This document shows, piece by piece, positions 49,701 to 61,486 of a stretch of DNA of 64,000 bases. A program made the position numbers and the translations under genes. Below the pieces are notes generated by a model that was not told where the DNA came from, made no database searches, and saw nothing but the letters and a program-made list of their open reading frames with translations. How positions within the stretch are numbered: position 1 is the first letter of the stretch; each line of letters begins with the position of its first letter. The stretch covers positions 6,944,001 through 7,008,000 of the forward strand of contig OZ281498.1 of assembly GCA_965637545.1 (NCBI GenBank), read 5' to 3'. The stretch is from Phallusia mammillata (lineage: Eukaryota).

Positions 49701-52700
49701 CCTATTAACTTATATATCGAGCATCTAGGATTCTAGGATCAATAGTTAACTCAGAGTTGAGTTGTAAGAGTTGTAAGTTGGGCCTGGCTTTTCAGTTCGG
49801 GTTCGGCCAGGGTTTTAGACATGTACTTTCGGGTTCGGACCTCGATTTCTGGTCCGCCTACAACTCCGCTGCAAATTGCCTATTTTCATGAACATTATGA
49901 TTTACATATTATACCTGCGCAAAAAGTAGTATGTGGCGAAAATAATCCGGTACTGAGGCACCTCGCAGTCCTTACGCCTTGAAAGTTGAACCCAGGATTG
50001 CAAGCGAACGACACAACCTCATTAATTCGCCAAACAGTTGTGTTTCGGGGTATCGTGTAGCCATTCCTTGGTGTTTTGGGGTCAGTGCATAAAATTATTC
50101 CTGAAAAAATATATTTTACCTAAACAGCACAAGAGGATTCATATTGCACACTTTTCCAAATACACTCTTTACTTTTGGTGAACTCATTGAAAATGTAAAG
50201 TTTTTTGGTTAAATGCACAGAATTTTGTTCTGTGTTTTTGAGTTTTATCTGATATGTAACGTAATATATATGTTTGTCATGAAACAAGAGCACGTATTAA
50301 CAAAACATGTTCCTTCCTACGCCTGCATATGGGCGGTCGGTTGTCAAACTGTCCGTTGTTCTGACAAGTCGACGAAATTCTTCCAATCAGCTCGAATCCA
50401 TCATTACAGGTGTAAGTTACTTGAGTTCCAACTGGCCACTGTAAAAGGCTAATAACAATCCGACCGTTGACTGGAACTGTTGGGTTGCTGCAGGTTGCTG
50501 CTGCAAGTTTTAAGATTAATTAAAGTTTCAATTCAAATTTCGAAACTAAAAACCACCAGTTTCCACTTCCACTAAGCATTTAATTTGCTTCCAATTGTCT
50601 CAATTCATTCTCTAAACTGAAGCATGGATAATTTTCTTGATGTGGTAATTTGTTTGACTTTGTAGTCAGTCTGTTGAGTTGCGGTTTCAGTTTGTTATAA
50701 CTATAATTCGAGTATCATTTGTTTATCTCTCGATGTAAAGAAGGAAATAATACAAGTTTAACACAACAAAAACTAAGAAATTACAGTAATCCTGACCTGC
50801 AATGACAATAATTTTATGTTGTTGATTGTTGTTATTAACGGTTTTTGTTTAGACATATATTTAACTTTAATGCTGCTTTGTATTACTCTGCCACTGCTGC
50901 GTTTTGCCAAAACAATGGGGACTTACCAATACACGCTGGAGGAACGCTACTGAACTGTCCGTTACTCAAGCAAACTGCATTGCTGCTGCCCCTCAAAGTA
51001 AAACCATTGTTGCACATATAGACGATCTCTTCGTCTGTCTGCCACAAGATCTTCTCTCCCATTATTCCACCATTAGCCGGTTCCACAGGTCGTTCGCAAG
51101 CTGATACCACTGTTGGTTGTATTGATGACGTTAAAAGTATATTATGACAAGAACATGCTGGTTGATTTTTTTAATCAACCACACAGGCTATGTTTCCAAG
51201 CCCTTGTCGTCAGTTATGCTTTTGTTTTAGAAAACTTATAATACTTTGAATGACGAACAGGTGCGTTTTAAACTAGATATAGTGTTTCTCTTCTGGTCAT
51301 TCCTACCTGCACAAGATGGATTTTGTGTTGAAAATGATCCATTCCCTAAACATGTGGCACTTTCGAAACCCAGCAAGGTAAATCCGTCGTTGCAGACAAA
51401 GTTCACAACTTCTCCCACTCCCCACTCATTCTGACCGAGTGGTAAGGTTCTGCCATCCAATAGTGGTGTAATAGTACAAGTAACTCCTGTTTAAAAAACG
51501 TTTGATAAGTTATTTCTGGTTAGAAATACCATATTTTTATCACCAGAAAGGTGCCAGATTTTTGATGAAAAATGTCAACGACTACTTATGGGATCAAAGA
51601 AAATAAAACCTTATGATATTTGAATTTAACACTTTCTGAACATTTTTTTATGATTAAAATGCCCAATACCTCATACTTTCAGGTTTTGTGATCAAAAATG
51701 GTTCATCAAAATTTTATTTGCACTTTTACGCATATTTTGGAGGTTCGTTTCCGGATTTGTGTTGCAAATACTCGGTTTCCTCGGTATAAGAACTTACTAT
51801 TACACAATGGTGCTAGGCTGTTGAATTGTCCGTTGCTCTGGCAAACCACCACGCTGTCTCCATTCATCACAAATCCACTGTTACATGTAAATGTCAATCT
51901 CTCTCCTTGTCCCCATTGCAAGCGTTGTTCACTTATTCCTCCATTCATTGGCGCCGCAGGTCGACTGCACGTGACGGCTATGGCTAAAAGGATTTGAACG
52001 TAATCACATTCAATGTTTTGTTGTTTATATCTACTGTTGTGCAAGTATGTTACTGTTAGTTAACCGGCTGTTAGTAAAGTATGGTGGCTGTTAGTAAAGT
52101 ATTAGTATATGTTACTCTTAGTAAAGTATGGTGAAACGATTTTTTTCAATGCAACCTTTTGTGTGTTTTCACAAAAGACGCTTTTTTGTTTTTGCAATTG
52201 TTCACATTTTAATACTTTTTTTAACTCTTTGTTCTATGATCTTACCTCTACAACTGGGATTGTGTGATGTAAATATTCCGGTACTCAGACATCTTGCGCT
52301 ACTTGAACCAGTCAAAGAAAACCCAGGGTTACAAGTAAAGTTTACAATTTCGTTCAAACTCCAAACAGTTTTTTCTCGAGGCCAAGAAATTCCGTTCAAG
52401 GGTGTCGATGGATTTGTGCATTGCACTACTGTGGGTAAACAGAACGATTGTTGTTTGATTTCGTTATGATCGTATGCAATCCTAACTAAATGCAGAAATT
52501 TGTCATGATTTCTTATGATTTATTTATGGCATCTGACAAAATAGTTGCTTTTTTGTAAAAAGTACTCACTATTACACATGGGAGCCATATTGCTAAATTG
52601 TCCGTTGCTTTGGCAAACCGCTACACTGTTTCCGCGCATTACAAATCCGCTGTTGCATGTAAAAGTCAATCTTTCTCCTATACGCCATTGTAAGCGTTGT

Positions 52701-55700
52701 TCAGTTATTCCTCCATTGATTGGCGCCGCAGGTCGATTGCACGTGATTGCTATGATTAGAAAAAGTAAATACATTAACTGTATTATTATTACTTGGCTCC
52801 TTAATTGTTGTACAAGGATGTTGTCAAATACTATACGTGAACAAGACCTTTTTTGTATGTCTACAAATAGACGCATTTTATTTGATTTCCTTGCTCACAC
52901 TTTTAAACTCTTTGATTTTTGATCTCACCTGTACAACTGGGATTGTGTGATGTAAATATTCCGGTACTCAGACATCTTGCGCTACTTGAACCAGTCAAAG
53001 AAAACCCAGGGTTGCAAGTAAAGTTTACAATCTCGTTCAAACTCCAAACAGTCTTTCCTCGAGGCCATGATATTCCATTTACAGGAGTGGTTGGATTTGT
53101 ACATTGTACGACTGTGTGTGAACAAAACCTTTGTTGTTTTGTTTAAATGTAAAACGTTAAATGACAAGCCGTCTAATTAGACTAATAATTATAATATTTA
53201 CGATTTTTTAACGTATGATTATATCAAACTCAACTCAACTATGGTGATTTGAAAGTCTGTGTCATATATGCTGAATGATCAGTGCATCGTTTACCTTTAA
53301 GACTTTCGGTTTGTACTTACTGTTGCACATGGGTGCTATGCTGCTGAACTGTCCGTTTCCAAGGCAAACTGTCACACTGTTTCCAGTCATCGTAAATCCA
53401 CTGTTACATGTAAACGTCAAACTTTCTCCTACTTGCCATTGTAAGCGTCGTTCAGTTATTCCTCCATTGATAGGCGCAGCTGGTCGATTGCAGGATATCG
53501 ATATAGCTAGAAAATATTTTGAAGGAATTAACAGAAGTGTGATAAATAATACTACTATTTATAATACATGTCAAATGCATTAATTACAAACGCTTGTGTG
53601 ATCAAACGTCTTGTTTGACCCCACCGCTTTAAAACTGTATCTATTTTCAAACCTGTGCAACTGGGATTGTGTGATGTGAAGAATCCAGTATTTTGACATC
53701 TTGCGCTACTCGATCCGGTCAAACTAAACCCGACGTTGCAAGTAAAGTTTACAATTTCGTTCAAACTCCAAACAGTCTTTCCTCGAGGCCATGATATTCC
53801 ATTTACAGGAGTGGATGGATTTGTACATTGTACTACTGTTTGCAAAAAACTTTGTTGTTTCCTTAAATTGCAAACGCTTGACTATGGAACTGTATGATAA
53901 ACCAGTTACTGTGTTGTTGATAATTTTCCAACACTTCGTTGACTAAAAGAATCGCGTCTATTGAATGTAGCCTGATCTTGAACTGAATCACGAAACGCAT
54001 TTTATCAGCTTGTCATAACACTTTACTCACAAAAACGACTAGTTTGTTTACTTTTATTTTAAACAGTAACTTACTGTTGCACATGGGTGCCATGCTACTG
54101 AACTGTCCGTTGTTCAGGCAAACTGCAACACTGTTTCCAGTCATTGCAAATCCTATGTTGCATGTAAACGTTAAACTTTCTCCCACTTGCCATTGCGAGC
54201 GTTGTTCAGATATCTGTCCATTGATGGGAGCCTCAGGACGGTTGCAGGTTGCAGTTATGACTAGAAAAGATATTTGGATGGATCAAAGATTACTGTAGTC
54301 CATGATGCTGCTTAGTTGATGCGTGTTACATTATTTGGGAAATTCTAACAATCCGTCAAGCAACGTTATAAAGTTACAAAAATATACCGTTTGGTGGGTT
54401 AAATTGAATATTTGTGTTAAACTATTTAACTATGATCTCACCTATACATCTAGGATTGTGTGGTGTGAATAATCCAGTACTCAGACATCTGGCATTATTC
54501 AAACCAGTTAAAGTAAACCCGGCATTGCAAGTGAAGTTCACAATTTCGTTTATATTCCACACAGTTTTTCCTCGAGGCCATGAAATTCCATTTGATGGAG
54601 TGGATGGATTTGTACATTGCACTTGTCCTGTTGGTAAACGATGCATTAACCAAAAGCATCCTTAATTCATATGCCTGCTGATACAGGCAGGTTTTCTTGT
54701 TTCTACTTCTCGATAATGTATTGGCAAATACTTACTATTACACAATGGCGCTGGGCTGCTGAACTGTCCGTTGTTCTGGCAAACTACAACACTGTTTCCA
54801 TTTATTACAAATCCACTGTTACATGCAAACGTCAATCTTTCTCCTATTCGCCATTGCAAGCGTTGTTCAGTTATTCCTCCATTAATTGGCGCCACAGGTC
54901 GATTGCAGGTTACAAATATCGCTGCTATTAAGACATGATATTGTAAGACAAATTTAATTGTACACTTAATTTTAAAACTGTACAGAAATATTGCCATTTG
55001 TTTGCCTCTAACTTCTTTAAACGTTTTAAATTTATACTACGTTCTCACCTGTACATATAGGGTTATGCGATGTAAATAATCCGGTATTCAGACATCTTGC
55101 ACTACTGGAACCAACTAAGGTAAACCCGGCGTTGCAAGTAAAGTTCACAATTTCGTTGAAACCCCAAACAGACTTTCCTCGAGGCCATGAAGTTCCATTC
55201 AATGGTGTGGAAGGATTTGTGCATTGCACTACTCCTGTTTGTAAACAAAATTTGGAAAAAAATTACAAAGCAGTCTGGCTTATATTCAGTGTCCCTGTCA
55301 ACTCTGCATGGTTTTCACAACCTCCTATTATTTTGCTTGGTCACAAATTACCAAAAAAATATTTTTTCAAGATTGAAAAAGCCAATATCGGTACTGTGTT
55401 TTAAAATGGATCCAATGTGAAAACGTCTGTCGCTTACTTCTACGGTTTTTTTGTAGTATTTCATCCCTTGCGATTAAAACATTTTGTCTTGTTAAGTGGT
55501 CTTTATTTTTACGAGCAGTGAACATTTCACCCTTAAAACTGATCCATGCTTTCTAAATTCAACTTTTTTGTCTTTATTATATCAATGAATACTGATTTCA
55601 ACTTTTACTAGTAATTTTGCTCACTCGAACACGTTGGGGCCTGTCCGGAAAACAATCCGTTCCGGCATTCTATCAGATTGGTTCCTGTCATCATAAATCC

Positions 55701-58700
55701 TATGTTGCAGGCAAACACCACGACGTTTGCGTTTTGGATAACGATTCTTCCGTTAAGTGGTGCAGTGAATTGAGAACATGTCGTCGTCATCACTGCAAGG
55801 TAGTAAAGATTTACTACGACTACGCCAGGTTGAAAGCACCCAATCTAGTTAGATGTTTGAAGTTAAGCTAAAAATACTAGGTGTTGTCCTCATTAAAAAA
55901 GGCATTAATAATTAACTTACCTCGGAACAGGGACATTAGCCTATAAAAGTAGGTACTTTTTTAATTTTTGATCTACTTATGTATCCTTATTGAAACATAA
56001 GCTAAAAAGTTATGACGTTTTAAGCCTACTAGTCCATAACATGAATATCTTAGCTGTACTTTCTTCTTATCGACATGATATTAATAACATCGCTTACTTG
56101 AGCATGTTGGCGGACCGTTACTGAACTCTCCATTGCCTAGGCAAACGGCCATACTTCTTCCAGTCACCGTATATCCAGCGTTGCAAGCGTACATCACTAT
56201 ATCCCCTAACATCCATCTTTCCGAGGGGTTTTCAAGTATTCCGTTGGGTGGCGCTAAGGGTGCTTGACAAGTAGAATCTACAGCTGTAAAGTATTTACCG
56301 TTACCTGAGAGACCTTTGTATATTTGAACTGGCGCTATTTTATTTTTGTGTTTTTTACGGTTTGTATATCCAAACAGAGGCAGCTAGTTTTGTCCTATGT
56401 GGGCTAGTTATGATTGGGGTTGATGAAACAGTACCTCGCGTAGCTTCCATAGGTTTTGAGCAAGGCTTGTGTCCACTGTTTAATCGTTAGTTTTAAAACT
56501 TAACCGATTTGCATTACAGTTAGTCTGGTTTCATTTATGTTTGATAATTAATTGGTCCAGAGAAAAAACTAAAAAAGAGTTTCACAACAGTTTTTGTTAC
56601 AACGCAAACTAATTGTATATCTGTGAAAATATTTACACATAACAATTAACTTATTGGTTGCGTTGTGAATAATGATATTGCTACCTCTGCAAGTGGGATT
56701 ATGTTCAGTAAAAACTCCATCTTCCTGGCATGTCGCACTGCTTTCTCCTTGCAGAATTAATCCATTGTCACAAACAAAGAACACACGTTCATTGACGGCC
56801 CATTCGGTTTGACCAGATGGCAGGACAATCACATTCTCTGAGATTGATAGATTGGTACACGAAACACTTGAAGGTTGATCAGCTGGAAAAGTATTTGTAA
56901 TAACTACCTCAATATAATCACTTAATGCCACTCTGGTATATTTATATTTGATTTTGATTCGACACTGAACGTTTTGTATATTCATCACATTCACTTCCGA
57001 AAAATAAATATATTGCGGCAAAACTTCAAAGCACAACTGTTCGTGTTTTAGTGGTATAGCTACAAGGGTCTTTGAAATACCTCGCTGGTAATAAAAGCTT
57101 GCCAGTCTTTCTTTTAAATACAGTTAAAGGCATTTATAAATCAAACTGAGTGTAAGTTTCTAAACGAAGACAATTTACCTTGTTTCACTTGACACACTGG
57201 AACAGAACCAAATGTTCCCGATGCAGTGCAGACAGAAGTATTTTGTCCTACAAGGTTGTAGCCTTCAGCACATGCATATCCTATTGCCTCCCTTTCCATC
57301 CATTCCGACTTTTCAGCGGGAAATAGAAGAAGGTTTTCGCCGATAGGTTTAGGACAAATTGCCTCTGGCATAGCTACAAAAGAGAAAATAACTTTTAACC
57401 TACCAAGTGTACATTAACATTGCACTTGACTAATGCGCCGCGCCATGATACACAAACACGTTATGTATTGCAATAAACCAGTTGGTATTGCATAATTCGT
57501 ATAGATCTGTATGTTTCAAACTTGTATTATATTTCAAGATTACGATAATTGCAAGGTAGGCCTATTCACCCATAGTTGCATTGCTGAACTTGTGTTGAGC
57601 ATTACATCATCCACAAACTTATGTACTAAAATTGGAGTACATGTAGTTGTATTTGCATTACGCAAGGATGGACGTCCAATTCATTGCGTTTTGGAATTTA
57701 TTTAGGGGCATTGTCTTCATAGAAAAAATTCTACTGGGCCATATTTGATTGATTAGCTGCAACCTTTTGACAGTGTTATCCAATATTTTCTGTTCTCGGA
57801 CCATTATTGAATCAGAATATCCATTCGTGCATTTGTTGATATTGTTTTTTATGAGAGTAGTATGGCGTTGAAAAGGTTTTTCTCACGACTCACAAAAAAC
57901 AGTTTATGAACACACGTGAGTCTACGAACTCAGGTTTAAGAAACACAACCATATTGGGTCGGCTTTCAGCGCTAATCTTTTTTGTTCTAACAGATGCTCT
58001 AACGGATTTTTTCCTGTACATGTAATCGCGTTGTGGTAAGATTGCAGCTTTGCTTCAAATGTATCGCTTTAAAACTGGGTACCAAACGTGTTACTTTTTA
58101 AAGCACCTGGTTTATTTGTGGTTGGACTCATTGGCGTAGCCAGGCCAGGGGTCACCTCCTCCAAAAAAATTTAAACTGCTCATTTTTGGTTCAATATCTT
58201 GGTGTTTTAAACTGACTGTGAACTGTGTGCCGCGACACACCAGTGTGCCGTGAGAGATTTCAAAGTGTTCTGCAAAATATTTTCTATTTCATAGTGCAGA
58301 CATTCCCTGGTGTTTAGGGATTGACTTTATGACAAAGTACTGGTGTGCATGACAACGCTTCAAAGCTCATATTTTTTGTGTTGGTGATGAAAAGCATCCT
58401 TACCCACCGCAATAAAGTTGAAAATTAACATTCTGTGAACAACGTTTGTTTTATGTTTGCCTGCGTGTGCCGCGGCTGGGAATTTTAGTTCTTATTGCGC
58501 CGCGTGCTTAAAAGGTTTGAGAACCACTATACACACACGTATATATATATGACACAACCGTTTTACGTTCTTTCCAAAAAATGATTGTCCCTCTTCCAAA
58601 ATTGGTTTTAGCTACGCCATTTCAAGTGTAATGGATAGCATTTTGTTGGATATTTTTCACCAAAGCTTTTGCATTTTCTACAAATCCACATAACTCGACC

Positions 58701-60487
58701 AGATGCTGACGCTACGCGATATTTCACTTTCACTTACCGATACATTGCCGCAAAGGCAGAAATAGAAAATAGCTGTCTTGACAAATACAGGCGACCCTTC
58801 TGTATGTAAGACACTGGGAGTTGAGCGGGCAATTAAGTGCAGCACAATCGCCAAAAGAAGCTGGAGTAAGTCTCGTACGTTCTGTTAAAATGCATAAATT
58901 GAAACAAACATTAGGGGCTTGACTAATTCAATTAACTACTTTAGTTTTTATCAATTTGTGGTCTACAGTTTTCGGTTAATTCCTTTTTTTCTTAGACTCC
59001 TCACATTAAGTACTTTGCTTTTGCACAAAACACCACTTTAAGACGATCGATCATTTTTTTCGTTTATCCCCCGATCTTATGTTTCAAATACAGCTTTGAC
59101 GGAAAAGTATTTGCTCTCACCCCAAACTTACCGACACAACCATCTGCAGGGTGTGTGAAAAATCCAGGGTTACAAACACATATATCTTGTCGTTGGTATG
59201 ACACGCAGTGACTGTTTCGCTCACAGTTTTTTGTGCATCTCGTCGCGACGTTAATGGAGGGCTGGATATCTAAAAATATTTTGATTTGTAAACTGTTGGC
59301 TGAAATACGTGTAATGGCCCCGAGATGTTAGTGTGAAGCCACAATCCCAGTTTACGAACAAAAAATGCACTGTACCGGCATAGCAGCAAACGCTGAAAAT
59401 TTTCTGTAAAAATCTTTGTCAAACAAATATAATTTTTTTGGAATATACTCCAAACTGATGATATGAATACAGCTTACATAAAAGCGGATTTGACGGTAGT
59501 ATACGAATGTAGACTATATAATGCACCATAATTAGTTTTTCCTGTTTAACGTACTTAGACATCTCGGCGTGGTTCCTCCTTCCACCGTCCATATACCATC
59601 ACCACAAACAGCTACACTACCTCCGACACTTTTGTAGCCTGCGTTGCAGATAAAAGTTATGTTGTCACCTGCGTTGTACCTCTCCCTGGAGAGTGGTGGG
59701 TCAGGGATGTAAATTGCATTCAGTATCCCCGGAGGACGGTAACAGAAGTCTGTATTTGGAAAAAAGGATAAGGTATTGTATACTTGCACACTTCTACTAG
59801 TTTTCACGGATTCTGTGTCTTTAGTTGTGCTCCTGCTGAGATGACAGCGGACATAAACGCCAACCTGAAACTCATTTTTTTACAGAACAAACAGCAAACT
59901 TTGTGAACCGTTGTGAGTACGTATAAATTTTATGTTAACAATTTTTTTTAAATATTTTTTTTAGTTTATCAATTTGAAAAGATACAAGCAATGGGCCGTA
60001 CTTTGTTGAAGTACTTTCAAGTACCTTATATATCACCGTTTATTAACACAAATTAATTGGCAACTAATATTAATAATGGTAAAGTAATGCTGACTTCGCC
60101 AGGCAACAGTTGAATTGGAAAAAAAGAATTAGCGATGAGCAAACCTAACAAATATTTGTTTTGTCAAAGAACAAGTATTTAGAAAGCACCGCTTCGCCAC
60201 TGGTAGCAATGTCATTATACAACGAAAAGCAGTGACAGCACCAAAAAAGACTCTAAAAAATTTTTTGTAAGCTGCAAAAACTTCACTGTTTTGCAGTTTT
60301 TTACTCGGTTTATAATAGTTACCAACATGCAAAATATTTTTATATTTTACATGTCATCTTATATTCAGTATATTTGTCTCCAATTGACGTCCACGGAAAA
60401 CTCACCAACAGGTTGCTGTTGTCCGTCAACCACGAGAGTTACGCTTGTCAGTGTTAGACAGCAAAACAACCACTTTGAGTGAACCAT
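40729..60487 (-). CDS. Gene B: giant secreted sushi/CCP-repeat protein (signal peptide, CCP, 2 EGF, 36 further CCP; about 2460 aa)
   Basis: Minus-strand exons: 60487-60406 (MVHSKWLFCCLTLTSVTLVVDG, signal peptide); 59749-59555 CCP; 59269-59132 and 58881-58738 EGF; then CCP exons 57373-57179, 56882-56685, 56283-56098, 55792-55625, 55234-55049, 54924-54736, 54627-54442, 54260-54075, 53835-53653, 53506-53321, 53111-52929, 52749-52570, 52428-52246, 51983-51798, 51486-51307, 51109-50927, 50500-50321, 50100-49915, 49543-49358, 49035-48856, 48795-48610, 48310-48125, 47734-47549, 47263-47078, 46802-46599, 46082-45897, 45792-45580, 45248-45066, 44611-44417, 43793-43608, 43430-43245, 42980-42780, 42515-42318, 41972-41766, 41520-41290, 40928-40729 (PPTCK*; alternatively spliced at 40733 to 40420-40393, KLITENKQE*). 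All internal exons are phase 1-1. No TM segment. Confidence 0.82.
44139..44374. repeat. 118-bp tandem duplication (intronic)
   Basis: Units 44139-44256 and 44257-44374 are near-identical; two substitutions were seen. Confidence 0.95.
51798..55234 (-). repeat. Five recent tandem copies of a two-exon (two-CCP) unit within gene B
   Basis: Alternating exons QCTNP(S/T)TP.NG.SWPR.K.VW..NEIVNFTC and TC.RP.AP.NGGI.EQR.QW..GERLTF.C recur with a period of about 0.6-0.8 kb. Nucleotide sequences are near-identical (for example 53111-52929 vs 52428-52246) and parts of the introns are similar. Confidence 0.9.
58129..58622. mobile_element. Degenerate MITE (tggcgtagc ends) with a nested partial hAT MITE
   Basis: Inverted pair cattggcgtagc / gctacgccattt without a matching TSD. 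The interior carries ccgcgacacaccagtgtgcc...aaaaggtttgagaaccact, a hAT-like right end only. Confidence 0.45.
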
Positions 60488-61486
60488 TGTACTGTCTTCG
60501 CAAAAATATAATTTTAAAGGAATCCTGTCAATACGAAAGCACACATTAGACTAACTGTTATTTTGGTTTTGAAAAAAAAAACACTTTCTCTTGCTTCCTT
60601 GTGTTTAAAACAAAAGGAGTCGAACAAACGCTAAAGTGACTATAGGCTTTGGAGGATGCGAATTTTAAATAATATGCCATTTTCGAAACGTTGCTACCCA
60701 AACTCAAAACGAGTTCATGTGACTGCTTGTGCTGATCTGAGTCAAACCTTTTTAAGTCTTTTGCCAGAATGTATTCTTTTTTAACATTGTGGGACGAATT
60801 CAATCTTGTGTCTTGCCTCCCAGCGATTCCCAGTCAAGCCCCGAGTTTTGTGGGTAACTTGACGCCCCTCTAAGACCTCGGGTAAGATTAGAATTTTGAT
60901 ATTTGGGACCGCAGCCTGCACATAATGCACTGTTACTTTCCATTTTCACTTGAGGTCGGTATTTTGCGATGAAAAGTTCGTTATAAAACGATATGTGAGT
61001 TTGGGATGATTGATACGTTTTTCGATAAGATATATGTGCCTTTTTGGGTAAACGATAGTTCTCGTCATTTCAATTGCAGAAGGTGGGGCTAATTTTACAT
61101 TGATACTGGACATTTGACCAATGGTATGATTTATGTTTGATGTCTGGATTTCACGTTTCGCATCGCAAAGTAAAAACCTTAAAGTGATGATTTGTTGTTT
61201 TAGCAATTCGCTTTAAACTACCACAAGCATCAGGCTTTTAAAACCATTTGTGTTTTTGTCAAAAAATATAGGGAACACTTCAAAGAAAACAAATGACTGA
61301 TCAGTGACACTATTGTTCGCTAATTTGCACTGTCTTTGACACCTCCAGCACGAATTCTTTTACATATCCACTTAAAATACGTGCTCTCTAAATTCTCAAG
61401 ACCCCCTGTAGGCAAAACTCTTTACCTGGAAACTTCACTTGTTTATCGGGCCTTGTGTCCTCCCCAACTGCACGTTTCGTGATCAT

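Noticed and set aside
51798-55234. CRISPR-like or Dscam-type mutually exclusive array
   Set aside because: The repeats are protein-coding spliceosomal exons in eukaryotic DNA. They are all mutually compatible in phase, and I saw no docking/selector sequences.
51698-55420. Recurrent plus-strand ORFs (LLHMGAMLLNCP..., QLGLCDVNIPV...)
   Set aside because: They are antisense shadows of the duplicated CCP exons, with no independent start, splice or domain evidence.
55921-55940. Micro-exon in gene B (tag|GCTAATGTCCCTGTTCCGAG|gtaag)
   Set aside because: It is 20 nt long, not a multiple of 3, and gives an immediate TAA in phase 1.
26868-60487. Gene symbols CR1, CFH, CSMD, SVEP1 or selectin for the CCP genes
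   Set aside because: There are no TM, CUB, VWA, pentraxin or C-type lectin exons. The repeats are lineage-specific duplications, so orthology is unsupported.
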